Assembly: GCA_000002435.2 (NCBI GenBank)
Contig: CM018793.1
Source of the DNA: Giardia intestinalis
Lineage: Eukaryota
Length of the DNA: 64,000 nucleotides
Reading direction: 5' to 3' (one strand)
Part shown: positions 37,556 to 47,700 of the stretch, piece after piece
How the letters are laid out: each line of letters opens with the position of its first letter
Position numbering within the stretch: position 1 is the first letter of the stretch
The notes under the pieces: model-generated
Databases searched by the model: none
What the model was told of the DNA's origin: nothing
Seen by the model: only the letters and a program-made list of their open reading frames with translations
Position numbers and translations under genes: made by a program

Positions 37556-40357
37556 ATGATTTCCGTATGGTTCGGAGCCGCTCAGCGCGGAGATGTAGCT
37601 GTCATTAAAGAACTCTTGCAGGTGCATGTTCGAACGGTTGAGGAAAATGGGAATACAGCCCTTATGCTTGCAACCCGCAACGGGCATTCCAATATCTGTC
37701 AAATCCTATCTTCGTATGAAGCAGGAATGCGCAACACTGAGGGAATGACGGCCCTGATGATGGCTGCAGTTGCAAATAACGCAGAGCTTTGTGACATTCT
37801 TGCTCCATTAGAGTGGCCGCTAACTCTTTCAGATGGAAAAGACGCTCTCATTTTAGCGGCAGAGCTAGGAAACGCCTATGCCCTCACGGTGCTCTCTGCC
37901 CATGCCGATCTTATCCAGGATGCTTCTGGACATACTGCACTAGATTATGCTGCCCTGCACGACAATATTGCATGTGTCAGGACCATAGTAGAAACACAGA
38001 GGTTATCGACGGGCCAAATAGACTCCGCTATTGAAAAAGCAGAACGGACTAAGAGCACTAGTGTCGTTGACTATCTAGTAACCACTCGACTAGCAATGAA
38101 GAGCAAATCGAAGGACGAGACAGACGTCAAGATACGAGAGTTGGAGCGTGCTGTTGCTTCTTTGCAACTCTGTTTTGCAGAGCGAGAGAACCGCGAATTT
38201 GGTGTACCAAGGTCTGATGCAGCGTGCACAGGTAACTTACCCCCGCGTTCACTTTCTCAACTGGCTGCGCCAAAAAGCTCTATTCCAGAGACAGATATTA
38301 AACTGACAGAACTATTAGAGGAAAACAAAAGGCTCAAGAAGCGGCTAGCAGCATCAATGGACCAATCCACATCGATAGCATCTCAAGTAGTTTCAGGCAA
38401 TGAATCCGACGAGGTAAAGCTTTTGTACAAGGAGTTAGAGTCAGCGGCGACCATTATGAGGGACTATGAGGCGCGCATCGATGACCTCACTTCAACGTTG
38501 AGAGAGCGTGATATGACAATACTTCAGCTGCGCACCTCCCAACTCCGGTTAGTGTCTGCAGATCCAGTTGCTGCAGAGGCAAATTTCTTCTCTTCTGGAC
38601 TTGACTCTTTTCACAGTTCTACAAGAAGTGGAAAACCTCTCGAGACTCCTAAGAAGCGTGCATTTTCTGCTATTAAAAAGTCATTCTGTGGATCAGGACG
38701 TGATGGCCGCTCTCGGTCACGTTCAAAATCTGTAAGAGGAAGCTCTCTTATTCTAGACGATGGCTGCCATAATGCCTCCCTTGGTACTGATTGCACTGGC
38801 CGTGCATCATGCACGATCTGTGGATCCACAAAACTCATGACCATTATTGATAACCTCAAGCTTACAGTCTCAGAGTACGAATCAATACAGGCTTGTATGC
38901 AGGCGCAAGTGGATGAAATAACTAGATTGACTGATGAATTGAACGGATATCATAATGTTAATATTTGTAGCAACATGCCTTCACCGACTAACTCTCATTA
39001 CCAAATGGCTTTGCAGCAACCAGCATCAAACACGTGTTCTCAACAAACAGTCTTAGACATGGAAGCACTAGACACTCTTCTCGTCAATCTTGATTTGTCT
39101 AACACAGAAGAAAAAAAGGCAATGAATCTATGGAACATCGTGTTTCAGAAAACACTAGAGCTCACATCGGACGATACAAGGAAAATGGTTGTCAGAAATT
39201 TACTCATAGCATTAAATAAGGACCTAGTTAAGTGCACTCAATCCTCAGTAGGATCACTGGACAATGAGTCTGACCAGCAGCTAACGTGTCAGTGCTTTAA
39301 AAGACAACAAGCATTCCTTCCTCTCTTTGGATATCTACCCGATCAATACATAAGGTACATTACTAACCTATACCAGTACGCACAGAGTTTGGAAAAGCTA
39401 ACTACACAGAGTAGTAAGAGCTGTACAACGTCGGCAGTCTCCGACACTTTAAGAGAATGCCAGCAAGAACACCCGGACGAAGCATCCAACTTGCAGATAA
39501 AAGACGATCTCTTTGACGGCAGAAACTCCTTGGAAATCTCATCTCTCAAGGACAAGGTTAGATTTGCAGACGCAGAAGCCGTAGTACTTGACGAGTCCAT
39601 CAGTCACAGCCTGAGCATGCCTACATTACTTGCTGATAACACACAGACATCAACCTTTGCTGTTGCACACGCACGACCCACCACACCTGCTTCAGTTATC
39701 CAACCAGAGGACTCCGTTGATACATTAGCGGGAAGCCTGCCCAATATACTCGACGGGATGACAGATGATGATTACAACCCATTGATGCGCGCTATCAAAA
39801 CGAATAATCTCCGTGAGATAGGCACAACTCTACGTTACGCCGGTGAGAGTTTATCAGATGGTAGTACAGCTCTTATGTTGGCGGCAGAACACAACTGTAT
39901 CGTTGCTGTTAAGTACTTACTTTCTGTAGAAGCAAAAAGGGTGCGGTCAGATGGGAAGGTCGCCTTGGATATAGCTTTAGAGAAGGGGCATTATAAGATA
40001 GCTGAGCTATTGAGCGCAGAGTGCCTAGATGTTTCCGCATACTCCCGAGAATCCGGACGCGTAACTGAATTAATGACTGCCGTCTTGGACGGCGACATGA
40101 AGCTCGCGTGGAGTTTGATCCCCCTACAGGCTGGTCTTCAAGACGAAGAGGGGAGGACCGCGCTAATGTACGCTATAACCGAGGGGAAAATGAATATGGT
40201 ACAAATGCTTATCCCTTACGAACACGGGATTATAGACAAAGAAGGCCGGAACATACACGACTTTATAAAGCTCTTCATCAATGATCGCTCACTCATAAGC
40301 CAACTGGAGACATCCCTACTCCGTTGTTCTTTGCGCACAAATTCTCGAGTGCAATAG
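37556..40357 (+). CDS. Ankyrin / coiled-coil / ankyrin protein, paralog of 34178-37264
   Basis: Same tripartite architecture. The ORF-track start at 37475 is TTG. The first ATG at 37556 gives 'MISVWFGAAQRGD'. The C-terminal ANK block is '...STALMLAAEHNCIVAVKYLL...'. Confidence 0.85.
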   Translation: MISVWFGAAQRGDVAVIKELLQVHVRTVEENGNTALMLATRNGHSNICQILSSYEAGMRNTEGMTALMMAAVANNAELCDILAPLEWPLTLSDGKDALILAAELGNAYALTVLSAHADLIQDASGHTALDYAALHDNIACVRTIVETQRLSTGQIDSAIEKAERTKSTSVVDYLVTTRLAMKSKSKDETDVKIRELERAVASLQLCFAERENREFGVPRSDAACTGNLPPRSLSQLAAPKSSIPETDIKLTELLEENKRLKKRLAASMDQSTSIASQVVSGNESDEVKLLYKELESAATIMRDYEARIDDLTSTLRERDMTILQLRTSQLRLVSADPVAAEANFFSSGLDSFHSSTRSGKPLETPKKRAFSAIKKSFCGSGRDGRSRSRSKSVRGSSLILDDGCHNASLGTDCTGRASCTICGSTKLMTIIDNLKLTVSEYESIQACMQAQVDEITRLTDELNGYHNVNICSNMPSPTNSHYQMALQQPASNTCSQQTVLDMEALDTLLVNLDLSNTEEKKAMNLWNIVFQKTLELTSDDTRKMVVRNLLIALNKDLVKCTQSSVGSLDNESDQQLTCQCFKRQQAFLPLFGYLPDQYIRYITNLYQYAQSLEKLTTQSSKSCTTSAVSDTLRECQQEHPDEASNLQIKDDLFDGRNSLEISSLKDKVRFADAEAVVLDESISHSLSMPTLLADNTQTSTFAVAHARPTTPASVIQPEDSVDTLAGSLPNILDGMTDDDYNPLMRAIKTNNLREIGTTLRYAGESLSDGSTALMLAAEHNCIVAVKYLLSVEAKRVRSDGKVALDIALEKGHYKIAELLSAECLDVSAYSRESGRVTELMTAVLDGDMKLAWSLIPLQAGLQDEEGRTALMYAITEGKMNMVQMLIPYEHGIIDKEGRNIHDFIKLFINDRSLISQLETSLLRCSLRTNSRVQ

Positions 40358-40427
40358 CTGCATGCATAATTTTAGAGTTTCCCGCGTTAAAAAATCCATT
40401 AAATTCCGCCAATGTGGAAAATTTAAA

Positions 40428-42872
40428 ATGTTCAAGATCAAGGACTCCGACAGCTGGTTTTCTGCGGTCTCCGAAGGGAAGGCGAAGCTCGTTGCAGCGT
40501 CGGCCAAGTCCTTCAAGGGTTTTCGTAATGAGAACCAAGAAACTGCTCTCATCCTAGCAGCGAAGCTCAACCATCCGGATATTGTTGAAGCCTTAGCTGT
40601 GCACGAGGCGAGGCACACAGACAGCAATGGATATACTGCGCTTATGTGGGCAGCTAAGAACGGAGACGCCAGAATGGTCCGGGCCCTCATTAATAGCGAG
40701 CGTGATATTGTCTTGCCCGATGGGCGTGATGCGCTATCCTTGGCTGCAGAGGCGGGAAATTTGGAAACCACAAATGCCCTTGTCCCCTTCTTCGAGCTCG
40801 CTAGGCCTTCTACTGGACTTTCGGCTCTTGACTATGCGGCCCGTGCAAACCATGGAGAAGTAGTTAAGGCGCTCATTGCAGAGTTCGATCCGGCTGTGCA
40901 CGTACTCGAAGCAGCACTTCGGCAGGCAGAGATTATGAACCACGGGGAGCTAGCGTCCTACCTTAGGAGTGTTGTTGACTCTAAAGCAGATGGAGTTTCC
41001 CCCATAGGCTCCGCGGGTAGTAATTTTGTCTCTCGCCTAGCAACTCCGAATACTCATTCGCCGTGTGCTAGTGTTGTTCCTTTACAGACACACGCAAGCT
41101 ATGCAGACTGCGAACGGATGGCGGCCTATGCGCACAAGCTTGAGGATGAACTTAGGGAGGAGCGCAGTAAGACGCATATCGATGCTAACCGCATTCTAGG
41201 TAAGTCATACACCGACGAGGATCTTCGCATGTACATTGCGACAATGGAGGCCAAATTGGAAGCATCGGATCGTGAGCGTGTAAAGCTGCACGCAGAGATC
41301 ATGGAGCTTCGTCGGCACTACGGAGATTCGAAGAAGGCTGGTGCAGGTGATATGAATGTGGTTTCTCGTTCTCTAACCGAGCTTCAAAAGCTTAGAAAAG
41401 AAAACTCTGACCTTCAGGATGTTATCAAGAGCCAGACTAGCCGCATAAATGGTTTGGTTGCAACTAGCAAGCGTCAGAGTGAGTTGTTGCGTAGCATTAA
41501 CAAGTCTGGTGCTGATGGAGATAGCGCAATGGGGGCGACCAAGAGTATGCGTGAGTTACATAGTCTGGAGGAAAAGTTGCAGGAAACGGACACACAGTAT
41601 ACAAAACTAAGGAAAGAGCATGGGCGTTTGCGTGGAGAGCATGAAGATCTTAAGGAAAAGTACGAGGAGGCTTGCAAAATGCTGGCCACCAAAGAAAATG
41701 GCGAAGATGCAGTAAAGACCCTGAATGCGATGGAGTCTAAGTCAAGGGCGGAGCGTCAGAGAATGAATGACACGAAAATGATGTCGCACCGAAATAGAAG
41801 TAGCGCTAGCCCGAGCCATCGTGCTTGTGCTGAGCCTAAGAGCATAATTGAATCTCCCAAACGTGGTAGTTCTTATGGAACGATGGGACCGCCTAGACGC
41901 ACCGTTAGCAGGCTGACTGAGCAGAACATTCCTGTAATTGCGCCATCTAGTGGGGATGCAGATAGTTTCGCTGCCGCATTTGATAACACGTTGTCGAAGA
42001 CTCCAAAGGACTCCACTTATAAAACAGCCGGAACATATCAGGCGATAAAGAGTTCCAAGGAAAAAGACAAGGAAATTGCCCAACTTAAGGATGAGCTTTT
42101 TAATTGCTATTCTGCAGACGAGGTTGAAAAGCTGCACCGTGTAATTGAACTCCGTGAGGCTCAACTCGCAGATGTTACAAAGGAGCGTGATGCCTTAGGT
42201 GCTTACCTGGATCGTTACAACACGTCGCAGTATAATGCGCAACAGGTGGCAGACGAGAACGACCACTTGAAGCGAAGGATTGCTGCACGCGACGAGGCCA
42301 TCCATAAGATGACACGTGAGCTTTGTACCGTGGCGCGTGCCTCTAGATCAACCATGGAGTCCAAATTGCAGGAAAAGGACCAAGAAATTGCACGACTTAA
42401 TGAGAAGATTACTGCCTTACATGATGATTATATGCGTTTGAAGAATGACCCCAATATTCCGCAGCAGACCGCGCTCGGGATCGAGTCCCGGGAGAAGTAC
42501 CTCCGGATGATCGCAGACACGGAGCAGCAGAATCACGTCTACCGGAAGCTCATCCAGGACCAGCAGGCGCAGATCGGCATGCTGGTCGCGCAGCTGGGGG
42601 CGGCCGAGAGCCAGGCGCAAGCCCTCGCTGCTGACGGGCTTCGGGGGTCGGCAACCTGGGCCCCCAGCGAGGCGCAGCCAGCTCTGGGGCCGTTCCCGCA
42701 GTGCCCGCCCCAGTCCTCTGCCCGCAGCCCTCTGGATGCCCGTCTGCAGGACGTCGAGATCCTCGAGCGGGAGCAGATGGCGGCACAAAGCGGCGCAAAG
42801 GCAGCCTCTGACCGTCCCTGGACACCACCGAGCGCAGAGGGCTGTGCGCGGCCCGCAAGCTCATACTCATAA
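40428..42872 (+). CDS. Ankyrin plus coiled-coil protein; the last ~137 codons lie inside the left inverted repeat
   Basis: 'MFKIKDSDSWFSAVSEGKA' follows the canonical 'ggaaaatttaaaATG' (the ORF-track start at 40362 is only 5 nt after the previous stop). N-terminal ANK repeats, then coiled coil. The sequence shifts abruptly to GC-rich at 42462, the repeat boundary, and the frame continues as ...QQTALGIESREKYLRMIADTEQQNHVYRK...ASSYS*. Confidence 0.8.
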   Translation: MFKIKDSDSWFSAVSEGKAKLVAASAKSFKGFRNENQETALILAAKLNHPDIVEALAVHEARHTDSNGYTALMWAAKNGDARMVRALINSERDIVLPDGRDALSLAAEAGNLETTNALVPFFELARPSTGLSALDYAARANHGEVVKALIAEFDPAVHVLEAALRQAEIMNHGELASYLRSVVDSKADGVSPIGSAGSNFVSRLATPNTHSPCASVVPLQTHASYADCERMAAYAHKLEDELREERSKTHIDANRILGKSYTDEDLRMYIATMEAKLEASDRERVKLHAEIMELRRHYGDSKKAGAGDMNVVSRSLTELQKLRKENSDLQDVIKSQTSRINGLVATSKRQSELLRSINKSGADGDSAMGATKSMRELHSLEEKLQETDTQYTKLRKEHGRLRGEHEDLKEKYEEACKMLATKENGEDAVKTLNAMESKSRAERQRMNDTKMMSHRNRSSASPSHRACAEPKSIIESPKRGSSYGTMGPPRRTVSRLTEQNIPVIAPSSGDADSFAAAFDNTLSKTPKDSTYKTAGTYQAIKSSKEKDKEIAQLKDELFNCYSADEVEKLHRVIELREAQLADVTKERDALGAYLDRYNTSQYNAQQVADENDHLKRRIAARDEAIHKMTRELCTVARASRSTMESKLQEKDQEIARLNEKITALHDDYMRLKNDPNIPQQTALGIESREKYLRMIADTEQQNHVYRKLIQDQQAQIGMLVAQLGAAESQAQALAADGLRGSATWAPSEAQPALGPFPQCPPQSSARSPLDARLQDVEILEREQMAAQSGAKAASDRPWTPPSAEGCARPASSYS

Positions 42873-44797
42873 GTAAACACTTCTGTAAGTACTTCTGATA
42901 AAAAGAATTAAAATATAAATATATCTGGCGCGCCCCCAGTCCGGCGTAGTATAACGGCTAGAATGGTTGGTTCTCACCCAACAGATCCGGGTTCGATTCC
43001 CGGCGCCGGAGCGTTTCCCGCCTTCCTTCGTCTTAGCATACGCCGCCCCACGGTGGGCCCAGACCCTAAGTATCGATTTGCAAAGACAGCTGACCGGACT
43101 GTCGCACAAGTAAGTAAGCTCGTGATCTGCAGCCAGTGATGATGCATCCATATTTAGTGAACAATAAACCAATTCCTAGAACTCCGGAATATAACTGGCT
43201 GTACTATGAGCCGACACAAGCCTTGAAGATAGATCTGCCACAACGTAATTAACTCTGCGCTGGGCGCCAAAGGTAGCCAGTCTATAGTGAGCTAGGCTCC
43301 ACAGGTCACATTTAGTATTGCATGCATGAAACGTGCTACTCCTCTACACGGCAAGTATAGCTTGTGAAAGAATGCACACTTGATTCTCGGTGTCTAGCTG
43401 CAAAGGTGATACATCTTTTAATGCATAGATGAATGGGTTTTTTGTAGCTCAGATAAAAAAGGTAGAATGGGCATTGGAAGAGCAAAACTCTAGAAGATAG
43501 GTTGGCATTCATTAAAAGGTAAGCTTCGAAGTGCACAAGTCTTTCAACCACATTCTCACTTTTAGTTTGAAGATTGTTCCACCTCATACAATCGGATTCT
43601 TTTGCAATCGCTGAAATTGTCATACCATCTCTTTCTAATTCTAACTTAATAGGAAACGCAACTACAAAGCCATTGGTTAATGGCCAACGTCACTATCATT
43701 ACATGAGCTATTAACTACTCATCTCACCATCTTTGTACTATGTTTAGCTTATCTTTTCGAAGAAGACTAGCCCGAGGTCAAATCTCTATAGCACCAGCTG
43801 GGCGTACCTCATAGGTATGCAGATTACTAGAAGTATACATTAATACTATGCTTAGTTTCCCCTTTAGTTATATTATTTACCTACATAGTAGAGAGATTGT
43901 AAATCGCTCGGAAGAAGAGTGAACTTCTAAAACAAATACTTAGTAGAATAAGATATGCGACACTACTGTTAGCTGTAGCGTCTACCGCAAAAGCGCCGGC
44001 CCAACGAATCTTTCTACAGTGGCGCGCAAAGTGTACTCGCGCACGCTACTGTCCTGACCTAGACATGGGACAGAAAATAGCCACTGATAAGAATTTATAC
44101 CTAACAAGATTTAGAGCGGTTTCAGTCGAATACTAATAAAGCGGAACCATTTATCTAGTCTAACTAGGGTAAGAATAGGTCCCGATTGTTCCAGTTTCAC
44201 AGAAACAGGAACGTAGATCTGCTCAAGCTGTCAATGGCCGGAGCCCGCTGGCCTGAGATTTATGCTTGGATGCCATCAAACTAAATGTGAGCCCGATGGT
44301 CCCGCCTACAAGAACGGTCACGCCAAGGGTGATCCCTGTGATCGCGCCTGGGCCGAGGCGGCGCTTGACCGACGAGCCTCCGCAGTAGTTCTCCAGGGGG
44401 AGGTTTCCGTCCGCACAACGGAGGCAGAGGACGGCGCCTGACCCTGCCTGCGCCTGGCAGAGCCCGCACCCGTGGATGCCTGCCATCCGAAGCCCCTGGG
44501 GCGCCGTCTGGTCGCAGGGCACACAGTCCCGGGGGCCTCCGAGGGGCGTCGCCTGGAAGTACCTGTCGGCACAGGCCAGACAGCTGGCTGCCGACGAGCA
44601 GGCGGCGCACGGAGAGGGGCATGCCAGGCAGCGGTCGCCCGCCAGGTGCCAGCCCCTCTTGCAGGAGGTGCAGACACCCCCGTCGCAACGGGCGCAACCG
44701 GCCGCGGTGCACGGGCTGCACGAGCCCCCGGAGAGCCCGTAGCCTTCCGCGCAGGCGTGGCACGTGACCCCCGCCCTTGCCCGGTCTGCCGCGCACA
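42462..44797. repeat. Left arm of a 2,336-bp inverted repeat (partner at 52022-54357)
   Basis: Reverse-complement identity with 52022-54357 runs the whole length as far as I can read it, and every translated ORF I compared is identical between the arms. The outer boundary maps to 42462 / 54357 (ccgCAGCAGACC versus tcaCAGCAGACC). The inner boundary maps to 44797 / 52022. Contents: 3' end of gene 40428-42872, tRNA-Glu, 1.2 kb of AT-rich non-coding DNA, 3' end of the HCMP gene. Confidence 0.85.
42940..43011 (+). tRNA. tRNA-Glu (anticodon CUC)
   Basis: 72-nt cloverleaf. Acceptor stem tccggcg / cgccgga, fully paired. Anticodon stem gttgg / ccaac with loop ttCTCac. T-arm ccggg-ttcgatt-cccgg. Overall very similar to eukaryotic tRNA-Glu (same T-arm, CTCAC loop). 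Confidence 0.85.
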
Positions 44798-47700
44798 CGG
44801 CACAGTGTGGAATTCCCGTGAAACCGTTCTGGCTTGTCACATCATCGCACGGGCGGCAATCGGACGGAGCAGAGACAGAGCTCTGCGTCGAGTAGTATCC
44901 CTGGCTGCACGCGCTGCATGTGGTGGCAGATGTGCAGCGGAGGCAACCAGGCGCGCAGGGGATGCATTCGCTGCCGCTTGTCCAGAAGCCCTCTGTCGGA
45001 CAGTCGCGGGGGCACAGGAGCATCCCGTCCAGAGTCAGCGCCTTGCGTCCACTCTCGCACGCCAGACAGACGACCGGGCCCACGCGATCAGCGAGGCGGC
45101 ACCTCTGGCAGCCGTCGACCCCTGTCCATCCTCCGCCTGCCCCCGCGTCGTTGCACAGCAGGCACCTGCTGGCGCTGGAGTGGGTCGGCCTGACCTCGAC
45201 GGCATTCTCGTTGCATCCTATGCACGCTATACTTTGCTCCCTACAGAGGCATTGCGGAGGGCAGATCTTGGGGACGCACTCTTCGCCGTTCCAGATGTGC
45301 TCTGGGACGCAGCTGGTGCATCTCGTGCTTGTACACGTTGCACAGTTGTCGATCGCGCACGGGATGCAGCTGTCAGCGGCCTCGTAGTACGTCATTGGAC
45401 AGACTGCATGGCAGGTCACCTCTGTCCCGGTCGAGAGCGCCTTGTAGCCCGGGAGACAGTCCTTGCACAGTGCGGGGCCCGCTACCTTCGGAGCCTCACA
45501 GAGCCTGCAGCCACTCACTCCCACCCAGCTGTCCCTGCCAGACGTGTCCGAGCAGGCAAGACAGGCTCCCAGGCCAGGCGTGGTGAACGTGCCAAAGTAT
45601 CCCTCGGCGCACTCTTTGCATTTATCAGCCCCCATACCATCGCACGTCTTGCACGCTGGGTGGCACGCAATGCAGGACGTGCTCTGGAGATAGTATCCGG
45701 CCCTGCAAGCAGTGCACGTGTTGGGGTCGTCTACGCACGCGCCGCAGTTGGGATCGGAGCAGCGCACGCAGCCCTTATCTGTCTTGGAAAAGCCTGCCTT
45801 GCATGCAGTGCACCCGGACGTCGACTCCGTGGTGTCTCCACAAATGCTCGTCCCCGGCGCCCTTTCCTTTGTGTAGCAGGCGCCCTCGAAGAGGAACATC
45901 CCGTCTCCGCAGTGCGAGCACACGCCCTTGCTGCAGATAAGTCCCTCCTTCGGCTCTGCGCACGTGCCATCCAGAGGAACCTCTCCGTCGATCAGGCAGC
46001 GCCCGCAGACGACCTGGCCGTCGACGACCACTGCATCGCGCTCATCGCAGATACCCGTGCCGGGGTACTCGCCTGCGGAGTAGCAGCCCCCCTGGTGGAG
46101 GAAGTAGCTCCCTCGGCACGCGGTGCAGCGGCCCTTCTTGGCGTCCTTTACGCATGGACCGGCAAGTGAGCGAGCTTCTCCAGGATAGAGTGTGCAGACG
46201 CCGTCGATCGGCACATAATCACTCGACGCGCACTGCGAGCACAGAGACCCGTCCATGACTGTGCAGGAGCCCCAACTGCAAGCGTCCTGCCCCACTCTTT
46301 TGCAGGGCTTCGTGCAGTATGCCCCGGCCCCGACGCCTGTCAGCGTGTAGGGCTGAATGCATTCTGTGCAGTACTTCACGTCTATCTCGCAGCTGGCGCA
46401 GTTGGAGACGGCGCAGGACATGCACGTCAGCGTCTCCTTGTTGTGACGGTAGCCGGGTCTGCACCGCCGACAGGTTCCGGCATCGCGGCCTGTTCCAAGG
46501 ACTTCGCAAATCCCACTTCCAGGAGTAGTCGTGATATCATAGCAGCCTCCCTCGTGGAAGAAGTAGTTCTCGGGACATATGACGCATAAACCGCTGGAGC
46601 ACGAGACACCATCTGGCACATCCTTTGTACACAGGCCATTTATTGGAAACTCTCCTGCAAGATTGCACTGCTTGCAATATGTGCGCCTTCCGACTGTCAG
46701 AAGCTCCCTACAAATGCCAGACCCGGGAATCGCGGCAGGGTCATAGCACCCGCCCATGTAGAGCATGTATCCGCGTAGGCACCCTGTGCAGACGCCCTTC
46801 CCCTTCTCGCAAACATAGTCTGTGTCATGCCCCGTGCAAGCCCCGTTGATCGGCCACTCGTCATCCAGCGCACACCTGGAACAGTACAGCGAGCCCATCG
46901 CCGTACAGCTGCCAGCCTTACAGTTACCAGACTCTGATCTACTGTCGTTGCAGCTTTGGATACACCGCGAGCCGTCCTCGCTAGGAATGTGCTTGTCCTT
47001 GCATCGCGTGCAGATGACCCTCTTTGGTGTCTCGCTTGGATAGCACTCTGTGCAGCCGTCAACGCCCGTGTATCCATTTGTTGCACCTGTATCATTACAT
47101 AGGATGCAGGACTCCTTTGTGGGATCGAGCAGGTCTGTGCTGTAGTACCCGGAGGCACACGATGTGCACACCCCTGCAACCGCTGAGTCGACGGCCACCG
47201 CGCAGACCACCGTTCCAGGCGAGCGTCCTATCTCGTAGCACCCCCCGGCGTGCAGGAAGAACCTTGGCCCGCAGCGTGTGCACGACGTGGGGCTTGGTGT
47301 GGCAGCGACACATTGCGATCTGATTGCCCTAGTGTTAGCCAATGCAACGCACGAGCCGTCGATCGGGACTTCCCCGTCTCGCTTGCATTGCTTGCAGATC
47401 GTGTACGGGCCCAGCGTAGCCTGGTGCTGGCTGTCACATATGGCAGTCCCAGCTGTTGCGCCTTTAGCATAGCAGCCCCCATAGTAGAGGAGGTGCGTGT
47501 CCTTGCAAGCCGCACACGTCCCGCTGGATGGGGTTGTACGGATGCAAGCGTCGTCATTTGCCTTGCACTTTCCGTCGATGATAACGCTGCTTAATAGCGC
47601 ACAGCGGCTGCATGCGAGCGTGCCGTTGACATTGCAGTATCCTGCAGCACAGGACGTGGGAAGCAATCCAACGGGGCATTCCTCAGTACATATGTTATTC

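Noticed and set aside
42867-43172. A 101-aa minus-strand ORF (with a twin at 53647-53952) that spans the tRNA-Glu gene.
   Set aside because: It overlaps a clear tRNA cloverleaf and has no sensible start context. Its duplication merely reflects the inverted repeat.
43336-43623. A 95-aa ORF (with a twin at 53196-53483) in the AT-rich non-coding block of the repeat arms.
   Set aside because: It is an isolated ORF in AT-rich DNA with no recognisable motif. It could be random, so I left it as part of the non-coding-block finding rather than calling a gene.
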